A DNA stretch of 64,000 nt, from IMG/VR virus record IMGVR_UViG_3300030372_003954, positions 7,211-71,210 of that record, one strand, 5' to 3'. The stretch comes from a virus. Lineage: Duplodnaviria > Caudoviricetes. Below the pieces are notes generated by a model. That model saw only the letters and a list, made by a program, of their open reading frames with translations, made no database searches and was not told the DNA's origin. Positions 1 through 12,700 of the stretch are shown here, in pieces (the first letter of the stretch is position 1; the number at the start of each line of letters is the position of its first letter). A program made the position numbers and the translations under genes.

Positions 1-720
1 CCCCCGATTACCGAACAAAAGGTAGTCGAATCAGCACGCTTAGCGAGACGACAAGCAAATGAGCGAGACGCTGCCGAGATGTTTGACGTTACGCCAACAG
101 TGGAAGATTTTGAGCCGCCTGATGATTCTTCATTTGGCGGAGGCATGGAATACGATGCTGACTTTACGCCTGGTGGATTCGAGGACTTTGAGTTGCGACC
201 TGCTCCACTGGAAGACATTGTTGAGGAACCAGCGCCTGCCGATGAGGACTTTGAGTTTAAAGACACTCCACTGGAAGACATCGAAGAAGAAGCAGCGCCA
301 GTAGATCCGGTTTCTGTTGATGATGTTGTGTTCAAAGATGTTGCGCCAGCAGAGATTGTTGAAGAAGCAATCGCACCTCCAAAAGCACGAGGCGCAACCG
401 TGTTCAAGCCGCAGGACGAGGCTTTTTTGGCCAGCCAAAGTTTGGCTCCCATGCTGGAAGAAATCCCACAAGGATACAAAGATCACCCCTCGCTGGTTCT
501 TGAACCGCAAAGCAAACTATGGGATCCTCTCATCAAGAAATCATATTTCTATGATTTAGGAACTTTGCTTACAGATTTGGCGGGACCTGAAAACTACGAA
601 GGCGAACATGTTTTTCTTACTGGTGAGGTTCGCAGAAGGCTAGCAGAGGCGTACAGGTTACAGGAACAACTAGCAAACCGTGAGTTGACTCACAACAACA
701 CAGAAAACATGGTTCGTTGA
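1..720 (+). CDS. 5'-truncated acidic, Pro-rich protein, probably virion-internal
   Basis: Frame 1 is open from base 1 (PPITEQKVVESARLARRQ...) into the 79..720 ORF; D/E/P-rich; directly upstream of the giant gene. Confidence 0.7.
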   Translation, partial: PPITEQKVVESARLARRQANERDAAEMFDVTPTVEDFEPPDDSSFGGGMEYDADFTPGGFEDFELRPAPLEDIVEEPAPADEDFEFKDTPLEDIEEEAAPVDPVSVDDVVFKDVAPAEIVEEAIAPPKARGATVFKPQDEAFLASQSLAPMLEEIPQGYKDHPSLVLEPQSKLWDPLIKKSYFYDLGTLLTDLAGPENYEGEHVFLTGEVRRRLAEAYRLQEQLANRELTHNNTENMVR

Positions 721-735
721 TAGAGGTGATTTTTA

Positions 736-3700
736 ATGGCGACACCACCTGTAACAGGAGTTGTAAGAGGGGCGAATGAAGCTGCTGAAGGTCAGCCTTC
801 AGACATCGACAACTATCCCGCTGGTTACACCGTCCAACAATCCCCAACATTAGATGTTGAAGAAACTGAATCGCTGCGCCTCCAAATCACAGATGCCGCA
901 AGAGACTACCTGGGTAAGGTAGAGGGGATTAGTGGTGACGAGCTTGAGGACAGAACACAAGATTTTTTGCGAGACATGCAGGTCGATCCTGACTTAGGCA
1001 TGAAGGCCACCAAAGCGTGGGCTGCTGACGGGACCACTGAAGATTCTGATTTTAGTAAGTTTCTGAGAGTCTGGATTCCCAGAGATCGAGTTTTTCATGG
1101 AACATCGTACTCACCGGAGGCTGATTATCGTGGTCGATTAGAAACATTGCTAATCCACAACATCGCAGACTCCTTGTTGTCTGAGAGTGAGGACGCCAAC
1201 GGTAACCCGCAAAAGTCTGAGTTGGAGGCATACGCTGATGCTCAGGCAAGCAGTGACGCGCGTCAGACCAATGGCGACCAAGACTTTGTAAACCGATGGG
1301 AGGACCATGAAAGGGCGCTGATACCAAGCGTTACCGGCACCTACATCGACATTGTTTCCGAAAGTGGCGTGGGTCGCGCAATCCAGTCCGTCGTTGGTGG
1401 TGGCGTGGATCTTATCGACTTCTGGTCGGAGCCATACTCCGAAAACTACCCTGGGCAAAACAGAGGTGTCGACTGGTGGAGAAAACAAGACAGGCCGTTT
1501 CACATTCGCACTATTTACAAGGGCCACCCGGCTGCTGATGCACATGAAATCGCTGAAGATCCGGTGACCGGCCAGTTTGCTCCATGGTACGAAAGCGCTG
1601 AGGAGCGCAGTCACTTAGGCACCCTGAGTGCTGAGGAAGCCGCAACCTTCAATCAATATATTAATGAAAGAAACCAACTGGCTTCAGGTAATGGTGACTT
1701 TGTTGATTTGTTCGACCAGTATGTCAAGCAGCGAGACAATTGGTTGGAGATGTGGGACAAAACCAAAGGTTCCTATCCAAGTCAGTTTTCTGGGGAGTTG
1801 AGAAGAGACGGTTTTATTTTTAGGAGCAGGGAATGGTTTGATGCTTGGTCAAGCGGTGCTGAATACCCAAGTCAGTTTGATGAGGACTTTGACAAAAAAC
1901 GCAAAGTCTTTACCGAAATCGACTCGTACCCTCGACAAGATCAGATTGCAAAAGAAGTGCAGCATGCGATTGCGTTAGCACAACTTAGAGAAGAAAAACG
2001 AGGAGACGAAGAAAAGTTTAAGATTGTTACTGAGCGGCTCGACAGGGTTCTCGGAAACATTCCATCAGATTTGTTTCCTGACCGACGATTGAGGGAAACA
2101 CACAGAAACACATACGGCGAGTCTTCATTTGAGACGAGGGCTGGGCACATTAGGAACACCTCTCTTGGCGACATGTTTATGCTTGCCAGTCCTGTGGTTG
2201 AGCTTGTTGCAGAGGGTGGCTCGTGGGTTTTGCCTGGGGTTACACACGACTATGACCCGACTGGAAGCTTTGGAACTGGAGTAAAAGGCACTGCTAGAGC
2301 CGCGCTCCAAACTGCCGACACCATTTATTACGGACTCGACCAGTGGAACATTCCAGACATTCTCACACTTGGCCTCATGCCGGAAGATGTGGGTCGTCAA
2401 GCAGAGGCCCTTTGGGGGAATTCTTTTTTAGAAGACATCAAGAAGTTTGATGACAACAAAGAGTTGATGGGAACGTCTGATGACGAAAGAAAAGCCATGT
2501 TGTTTTCAATGGTTCTTCGTCGAAACAGAAGGCAGATTAAAGTCAACCGATTTATCTTAGATGTCCCTCGGTTTAGCACATACAAAGAAGAAATTTTAGC
2601 CGCTGCTGATAATCCGCAACTACCACAGGGCAGCGACGTAGCGTTTAATCAACAGGGCCAACGCTACAACAGCAGGGGCTTTCACGCGATTATTCAAGGT
2701 GCTAAAGATCGTGCCGAAGAACTGGACATGTCTTTATCTGATTACCTGGACTCTGATTCTGGTATGGCGACGGTTGAAAACAAGCTCAACGACTTGCCGC
2801 TGACACTGATGCCGCCGTCTGTTTCTTCAGCAATTATTAGAGACTTAGGTGGCTACGAAGGAATCCTTCAAGACTCTCGCAACTGGGTAAGTTCAAGAGA
2901 AGCTCGGTACGGTCGTGAAGATCGGCAGTTTGGAAACTTTCTTGAAGAGGGTCTTGGGAACCTTGTCACCAACACTTACGTCGCTGGCACTACGGTTCTG
3001 ACGAAACAGTCGAAAACTGGACGAGCGTTAGAGGTGGCTGGCACTGTAGCGTTTGATCCCCTTGCTGAAGTTGCTATGGACTTGATTGGAGATCCAATCA
3101 TGGCTGTTGGAGAGCAGTTTGGTGCATGGGATTGGGAAGGACGACCTAACGACCGGGGAGGCCTCGGTGACTGGTTTGTTGGATTAGAAAACCCAGAAGC
3201 TGCTGGCTTTATGGGCCGATTCCAAGATGTGGTTCTTGGTATGAAACTTTCCAGGGACAGCGAGGCTTGGAAAAGAGCGCAAGCAGCAGGTCTTGCGTTC
3301 GATGTTTTTGTCCCTGGCGAGTCTTGGCTGCTAAGAACAGCTTCGAGACCAGTAGTTGGGACAACCAGGCTTTGGAATATTCTTGAGGATGTTCCTGGTA
3401 TTTCAACAGACACAATCAGGGCTGCTTATCTCCCAGATGGTATTTTTGGTGTTGGAAGTCTTGAGAAAAAATACGCACCAGTAGAAGACATTTCCAACTT
3501 TGAGCGAGCGCTTGAGGAAGCAGAGGCCGCTGCTGCTGTGTCGCGAAGTGAGTTTGAAGCTGAGTACGGTCGAAGAGATTTAAGAGAGCGGTTGTTCGGT
3601 GATGCTGGAGTGAACCTGGCTAAGCGTCGACTAAAGAGATCGCGACGTCAAATGTATGGCCTGGGCGGGTGGAGGCGTGCGGTCCCTGGAATGGCTCCCC

Positions 3701-6700
3701 GAGAGCTTCGTCGTGAGATAGGCGGACTCCACGACCTCACTGCTTACATGGCCATGGAAATGATGGAGAAGAATCTTCTGCAAGGGCGAAACCCCTTAGA
3801 AGGTTTTGGGTCGAGCTTTCGAGAAAACATAGACGAAGTTTTGCGTGTAGCCGGTGTTGATCCTCAAGATGTGAAGAGGGTCACAAGGGACACATCAGCG
3901 ATGCGTACTGCTCGTTTCTTTTCAGAGGCGGCAGAGCGATTAGATGGCAGCGACGACCTTACTCGCAGCCTTCGCGGAACCTCAGAGTACAAGCAACTTA
4001 GAGACACGCTCGAAGCTCAGAATAAAGCCCTTGATGGCTTGTCTATCGACAAGATGCGTGGGGTCAATGTTGTTGATTCGTACATGGCTTTGATTGAGGC
4101 GAAGGCTGTAGCCTTTGCTCGTCGAGGCGGGCTTGAGTATGGCTTTGATAAGAGCCGTCTCTACATGCAACAGGTTCTACAATCAATCGAGTCTGGCAGA
4201 GCAAAGCCTGGTTCGTTGATTTCAGACTCCGATGTGAGCAATGTTGTTGATGCAGCCAGTCGTTCTGCCGACAACATTTCTCCAGAAAACAGAACTGTAA
4301 TCGACATCAATCTCTCTGATGAGACTCAACTCGAACGCCTCAAGGCATCCCGAGGGCAAGAGTTTGTCCGGTTGGTGGGCACTAAACAGAATCTAAGAAG
4401 ACTGGACATGGAGGAGCTTGTCAATCTGTTGGGTCGTTTTGACCCGGCTGGCATGCCACCAAGGGTAACCGATGACTTTTTAAATGAAATTTCTCATCGT
4501 TTAGCCAGAGCTTTTGCAGAGTCAACGGATGTGGGGGCCCAGAAGTTTGATGAGTTCATGGACATGCTCGTTAATTTGCAAGAGCGAATCACAAGCGATG
4601 TGAATCCCTCAGCATTTGATGGTCGCCGTTTCCTCATTGAAAAACACTTCAGCGAAATCATTCGTCATGTGGCTGGGCGTATTGACGAAGTAAAAAGAAC
4701 AATGGCTGATGAAGCCATTGACTCTGGGGCCCAAGCAGCAAGCATTGCTACTGGTCGAGCACAAATCGCCGCAGCCATTCGAGGCCATGTTGAAAATGGA
4801 TTTCTTGATGCTGACCAAGGTGTAATGCTTGAGGCTTTAGTAATGTCTTTACCAGAAAGGGTTCTGAGAGACATACGATTTGAAGAATCCTTTATGAGGC
4901 CAGAACCCCAGGCTAGAGGTCAGGCATACCAAGTTCTTTTGTCCGAAGGCGGCGGAGTAAATCGGCTCGTAACAGCTATTGAGTTGTTTGCTTACTCAGA
5001 TGAGGTGGGAACAATCAACAGAATGGAGTTTGCTGAGTTTGTTGGTGCCAGCATCGAGGACATTCTTGAGACTGTTCGCACATCGGATGTTTCTGTACCA
5101 ACCAATGCCTTCCAGTCTTTGTCTCTTAGGTTTTTCAACAACAAAATTAATCCAGACACCGGGGTTGCTTACACCGCCAAGCAGCTATCAGAGAAGTTTG
5201 TTGACGCTATTGTTCAACGAAGCAATCGACAAGGTGTCGAGATTTCTGATCAAAAGGTCGAGCAGCTTGTTGCACAGTATGAAGACCAGCTTTTGTCCAT
5301 AAAGCGGAACTCAGAAAAAATCGGCCCCAGGACCTACCACTTTTTGCATGAGCTTGGTCACGCAATCTCAACTTCATTTCTTGCGGACAGTGAGATAGAG
5401 ATTCTCTCCAGGGCGTTTAGAGAAGAGATTGACGACTTTGGATTGTTCCGAGACAGCCCCTACACCAGGAAGTACGAAACGCTTTCGGATGTCCAGTTCG
5501 CTGAGTGGTTTGCTGAAAGCTTTGCAGAGTTTGTAATCCATCATCGTTTGCCCAAGGTTCTGGAAAACCAACCAAACTCAAGCAACCTGATGCGTATCTT
5601 CCATCAACTGATGGTTCGCATTTCTAACTTCCTCGATGGTTGGTACCGTCGTGCCCCAAGAGCAAGAACAGACTTTCATCCAGCGTTTGTTAGCGTTGTT
5701 GAAAGAATGTTTGAAAACAAGGCCAAGCCGATGCTTTCGCGTCGAGAGGTGGCGTTGAGACGGGCATCCTTAATGGGCTTGCGCGTTTCAGACGAAGCAG
5801 TGTTTGGCCGACTTGCGGAAAATCGATCCGGCCTCAACGGACAATACATTCCTGAAATAGATGACATCTCGATAAGCGCAGATGATCTGAGGGCTGCTGA
5901 AGCTTCGGCTGATGTCGCTGCTGAGGTTGTAGAGGAGGTTGCCGCTACCGCTTCCATTGAAATGCAGATCCTTATGCAGCGTGCTGAAAGCGCGAGAGCG
6001 AAGCTTGCCAGGGCTAACACTCTGGGAACCCGCAGGATGTATCAAGCAATGCTTGGTGATGCCGAGCAACGCATTGCTCAACTACAAGATGTTGAAGCTC
6101 AACAAGCTGTACAGTCTCCTGATCTTACGGTGCCAAAGGTTCAAGGCGCTGGCGGTCTCCTTGATATTGAAGGGGCCCTTGACATTATTGGACCAGAAGT
6201 TCGTCGAGTCCTTCAAGAAAGAGACGTATTGGACTCTGGGCACCTGTCGGAGCAGTTGGCGAGAGATTTTGATGGCTCTGCTGAAAAGGTTGGGGGAAGA
6301 CCTCATTTGGTTGTTGACCAAGAAGTTGACCTTGGCTTGAAGCAAAGGATTTACCGATCTGAAATCACGCCAAACCAAGCCAAAGAAATAAAAAAACGAC
6401 TGGGCGATGCATCCCCACTCGAAGACGCATCTGTTGATGTTTCTTTCAACGTCGAACGTATCGTGGATGGGCCAGATGGCCCTGTGATTGAGCGTTCTGC
6501 TGTAACTATTCCTGTCTACCCTATTCTAAAGTCAGGCGACTTTGAGATGGGCATGGGTCGACAGGTGTTGATTCCAGGCGGCTTTGACGGGACATTTAGC
6601 TTTGCAGACGTTCAGTACTTAGCAAGACGGCCCATCGAAGCTATTGCAGATGATGCTGCCACAAAATGGTGGGAGGACATTGGCTCAGACTTGCTGGGGG

Positions 6701-9700
6701 ATTCCGATACGCTTGCAAACTTCCCCGATATTGTAGAGCAATACAAAGAAGCATATCGGAACATGATTAGCCAGTTGTATTCTAAAATGCATAAGGGCTA
6801 TGGAATCGAGCAAATCCGTCCGGCGCACAAAGATTACTTTGTGTCCAACAATCTTAAGTCTGGACCAGATGCTGTTGAATACGCACAGCGTATGGAAATC
6901 CACCTTATGGATGTGGCATCGCAGTACGTTTTCGCGTTTCTTTCCATGAACACGAACCTTATGGACAACATGCATTTTGGTGCGGTTGCTCGACCAAGAA
7001 GCATGTCAGACCTTGGTGACATGGTTCAACGGTATCGTCTTGCTCGAAAAAACAAAGGCGCTCCCCTTACTCGCGATGAGGCCAACTATATTCTTGGGTT
7101 TGCTCTTAGCGTGTCGGAAGGTCGTCTTAAAGACAGATTCGGTGCGAAAACAAAGTTTCTTGACGTTGAAACAGACGTGCTGCCAATGGTCCAAATTCAT
7201 GATTGGAGCAAGCCTGGTGCGCCACTCATCGAGGTCCAGGCCGTAGATGTTGCTGCTTTAAACGCAAACAAAATGGCTAGCTCGTTGCGGTCGGCCCTCA
7301 GCAGATATGACCGGGCTCGCAGAAGGGTAGCCAAGATTGAAGAACGGTTGCCAAAAATTAAACGAGCAGACCTTAAACGCCAACAGCGCTCCGCTCTTAG
7401 AAAAGCAAAGAAGGGAATGCACAGCGCTGAGTCGGACTATCAATCACTCCAGTCTGCTGTAAGTGCAAAAGATGCAGTGGCACTAACGGGTGACGTGGTG
7501 CTCTCCAGTCCTGCCGATACAACCAAGATTCTCGACATGTACGAGATGATGTATGAGGACTTCAAAAGAGTTCAATCTGGAGAGCTTGAGTACTCCTTTT
7601 TTGAAAGATACCCTGGAGAAGATTGGCGTAATTTCTCCGACCGTGTTGCCACAATGGTGCCTGGAATGGCTACCAAGATCAGCATGTTTGGTTTGTACTG
7701 GCAGAACCCTGTCTTGGCAAACATTGGAGCCCTCGACATTCATATGATCGGGTTGATGGGCACAGAGCTTTTCAAACAAGAAAAGTACTTGAACATGGCT
7801 CGTGATTTTTATGACGCTTGGCGTACCCTTAAGGGTGATGCAGCCAAGAATCAGCTAAAAGAAATTGCCGAGAACCAGTTGATTCGAGAATCTGATGGCA
7901 AGAGAACTCCATCAGCGACAGCCATTTCTCGTCGAACTAAACAAATTATTGCCACTGAGCTTCAAAAACGAGCCGCTCTTTCGTTTGAAGACTTTTTAAG
8001 CCCAGACGTTAGCAATCCAGCATACACATTTTGGAGAGATGAGCTTAGGCGGGTCATCACCACGCCAGACGATCTTTTGATCTACCCATCAAAAATCAAA
8101 GAGCTTGTCGAGGTTCTGCCTACCAGAATGATTGATTCTAAGAAGGTCAAGCAAGCCATCAACAAAGTGCGAGCGGATAAGACCAGGACAATCGAAAAAA
8201 GAAAAGCGGACGTAAGTAAGCTTCAAGATGCTTTCCGTGCTCACAAAATGATCGAAAACACCATCACTAAATATGGTGATACACATCCGATTGTTGTCGA
8301 TTTCATGGCTGACTACAAGTCAGGTCAGACACGAAACCTGTCTGTTATGTCTAAAGAATACGAGATGGCCTTAAATCGAGTTGAGGCTGACGTAAAAGAC
8401 CAAGAGTTTATTGAGTCAACCGCTTCCAGACAGCACCAAGTGTGGGACGAATGGCGTGGGTATGTTGACCCTCACGTTATTGTCCAGCCCGGTAGCGCGA
8501 TGTTGCCGTCTGTAAGACCTTCAGCGTTGAAGGCTATCGTAAAGGCTCTCGAAGACACTCTTCCAGAAATTAAAGATCCTGAGCTTCAAGCTGTTCTTAC
8601 TGCTCGTCACAACCGTATGCACACTGGTTTGTTTGGAGAAGGCTTCCGAGACGTGTACGAGTCGTTTAAGCAGGGAGGTTTTTCTGGATCTGCGCCCTTC
8701 AAAGAACGGCCACTACCAACAGAGCTTACACGGGGCGCGTTGTATATTGCAGACTCCGACCCTACCACCGCAACACTCAACACATTCTTAAGTGCAGGCG
8801 AAGACCTTTCAAAGTTTTTCAGCGACGGTGACGTGTCTGCACTGTTTAATGATGCGGCCTATGGCTTGATGTACCTGCTTGGAGACGAGTTTCCACAGGT
8901 AATGGACGAGTTTGCACACCGATTCGACCATGTGATTGCAGATGACGGCGAGCGAATGCTAACCCGTAGAGGGTTTGGTGAGGTTAGAGACGAGTTTGTT
9001 GAGTACTGGCACAACCGATACCATGACGATCCCGTCGTTCATCACGCATTCGAAACGATTCGAGACAAAATAGCGACGTACTGGAGAAGAATACGACCTC
9101 GCGCAGAAAAAATGGAGCCAGGAACTAGGCGGTTGTTTGATGAATGGACCGGCGTTTTAAACGATGCCAAGAAAGAAGCGATGTTCGATGTGAAAAACTC
9201 GCCGTCGTTCAAAGAAATTCCAACCATCAGAATTAAATCAATGGAGGATCTTTTTGAAGAGCGCGTCAGGAAGAAAGGACAGAAGAAGGAAGCAACGCGG
9301 ATTGACTTAGATGAAGGCAGAGTCCGAAGCGCTTTAGACCTCGGTGTTGATGCAACAGAAGTTGATGTGTTTGAAACAGTGAGAAAAGCTGTAGGCTATG
9401 TCGCTACAGAAATGGCTCGCAAAAGATATAGTAACCACTGGGTCGCGTTTTCAGAATCTGGCGGTACTATTGTTCCTCGTAGATTGTTGCCGTCTTATTT
9501 AGAAGCAAAGCAAATTCGAATCTACGGCGTGTTTGGTGACCCTCGTTTGTTCAAAGAACAATTTGTAAGTATAAAAAAACAACGCATCAAGCTGGATGAA
9601 AGAGGCGAGCCGGTTCTTAATCCTGACGGAACCCCCCAAAGAGAAATAGCTATGGAGGTGTTGCCGGATGGGTCTACAGTCCCTCAAACAATTGAGGCAA

Positions 9701-12700
9701 TCAATCTCACAAAAGGACAACAGCTTAACTTTAAGGATTTGATCCTTGAGCTTGGTGCTGACCCGAGAACACGACGAGGCGTGCAACAAGTTCTTGGCGA
9801 GTACTTGGTTCCTGGTGCAGATTTAAGTCAGATCACGGCAAGTCAATACAGGTATGTTGTAGATGAGCTTATTCCTACTCATGTTGCTGGAATGGGCACA
9901 GGTTCCACTAAAGAAATGCAACGAGTTCCAAGGTCTCTTGGTTTTGCAGCCGTACAAGCTTTGACCTTACCAATCCGGGCTACAGGCATTCACAAGCCGC
10001 TCGTCAAAGCATTCAAAACCAACAGGTCTTTAAGTCAAGCAAAAAAAGTTAAACAAACCAAGCAGGGAGAAACTGAAAAGAAAGGGGTTGTTGAGGAAGT
10101 TATCAGTCCTGTTGCAGTAGAGCTTTTTGAGCGCCGACTTCGAGAAATGGAAGACATTGGCAACTGGGTGAGAACCGCTCAACAGCTTTTGAAGGATGGC
10201 AATAAAGATGCCGGTGTGATGCATGTTATTGACGGACTTCGAGAAACATTGCACCAACCTTTAAGCACGCAATCTTATCGAAACTTAGACCGTATTGAGG
10301 CAATTTACAGAAACGAGCCAAGGATTAACAGGCGAGAGCTTGCCGCAGCGCTTGATGAAATTGTGATTGCGTTTGCTGAAAATCGCAAAATGACGCCTGA
10401 AGAGCGCATTGCAATCCGACATTTCCGGTCTATTCATGAGTTGATTGAAGAGGGTAAAATCCCTGAGCCTTTGCCTAAAAGCATTAGAGAGGCATACGGT
10501 GAGTTCGTGGATATTATTGGCCGTGGAATACACGAGCGTTTAGCCGCAGCAGACTCTGCTGCTGCCGACATTATGGCGGCAATGGGCGGCACCCCAGAAC
10601 AAATTCAAATGTTGCGTACTGGAGACGGCGAAACACGCCTTACTGCAAGAAGGGATGCACGCGAGTTTTATAGAGATTTCTATTTGGGCAACTGGGAAAA
10701 CATGCTGCTCACCATGTCCAGAGAAGGACTTGCAATTGGCACAGCTAGAAAATATCCAGGCAAATACAGCATCCCTCACGCTGCTTTAGAAGCAGTGATT
10801 CGTTTGCGGGCTCGCCACATTCAAAAAGCTTTGTTTGAAGACATGGCTAACTTTGGCATTCTTACTAAAATCGACGACGTTGCGCCCGCTGACATTGTTC
10901 GGATGGCAGATCGCCGTAGGTTTGTCGAGCGAGTAAAAGCGTACTTAGATGACGAGCTTGGATTTATGAAGCCAAGAAGGGTCGTAGATCAAGATGGCAA
11001 GGTTATCCAGGTTACTGAGGGTTTTGAAGCAGTAAAAATCGACCCGATTACTGGTCAGAAAAAACAAGGCGGTTCCGCTGGACCAAGCTTAAGAGCCGAT
11101 GAAATTAATCGTTTGGCAGGGGTTGGCGGGTATCGCCCTCTCGCTACAGACATGCCTGGTGAGGGCCTTGGGTACGATCAAATATACCGACACGATGTTG
11201 AGGCCTTCACCGTTGCCCATCAAATGATTGAAAAATGGGGCATGAAGTACGGCGCAAACATTGAGCATTGGAGGATCTTTCGAGATGTCGATGGCGTTGA
11301 ACGATTGGTTCCAAAGTTTTTCGCAGACGAAATGGAAAGGGCTGTAGATAATGTGGCTGGAGTTGCCTCTGGACGATCTGCTGGATTCCAAACAAGAGCT
11401 ACAAGATTTGATATTCCCTATGAGTTTTTGCCAAATCTGCGGAAACCCGGTTTGCTTGAGGTTTCTAAGGAGCGGGTCAAAGTTGCATCCACAGATGTTT
11501 TAAACTTTGTTTTAAACACATACCCAACAACATATCGCCTGATGAAGCAAGGACTTACAACAGGCTTGGGCATTATTAACCTACCGTATTTCTTTACAAA
11601 CTTTGTAGGCGCACAGGTTCAAATGTTTATGGCGGTAGGACCTAAAGGGTACTTCCTTAATAATCCTTTGATTACCATGAACGCATTAGAAGTGGCTGCT
11701 GCGGTTTGGGGCGGAACGCCTCAAATGAGGTTTGGTAAGATAAAACCTATTGTAGGACCTGACGGTACAGTCTACACCAAAGCTCAACTGATTAAAGCGA
11801 TTAGCGAGCACAATCTGACAGGTTCGTTTATTCGCCAGGAAACGGCAAGATCGCTTACTGAGGACTTGAAAAGAAACTCACCGTCGTTTTGGCAGGAAAT
11901 GACTAAGGAAAACCCTCTGTACAAAGACACGGCAGAGGGCGCTGCTGATTTTCCAATGGCGGCAGGCATTGACACGGCTAACATCCCAGGACCATTGAGG
12001 ATTATTGATTTCTATCAAACACAGTTGATGAACTTTGCAACCTACATCGACAACGTGCATCGAACATCTGTGTTTCTAAATGGTTTGGAACAAGGAATGA
12101 GCGCCGCTGAAGCGGCAAAGTTGGCCCGAGAAGCGTTGTTTGACTATTCAGACTTGACGTCTTTTGAAAAAACTTGGATGCGAAATGCGTTCATTTTCTA
12201 TTCGTTCCAGCGAAAGAACATTGATCTTTTCTACCGCACCTTACTGACTCATCCTGAAAGAGCGTTGGCTCAGATACGATTGGGTCGTGGTTTAAATCAA
12301 ATCTTCCTTGATGGAGATTCAGATCTTATTGAAAGCGATTTTAACAGCGCTCGATTTGGAATGTTTTACTTGGGCAGGACAGGTAAATCCATCGCTCAAG
12401 CCTTTCGTTACAACGCCCCTCCATTCCCTGCAATCGACGCAATCAAAACAATAATGACTATGCTTGGAGGGTTTAGTGCTTTGATGCCAGCAAAAGGAAT
12501 TGTTCAAAGACAACAGCAGATCAAGGAAAGCTTGAAGTCGCTTACCCTACTAAACCCTTGGTTGCAGTATCCATTTGCCATGTATTTTGATCAAAACCTC
12601 TTCAAAGGGAAAGACTTACAGTCGGAACGGATTCCGCTTTGGTTTGCTCAGTATGACATGCTCACCACTGGCGGCATGATCTTGCAAAGCGTAGACGCTA

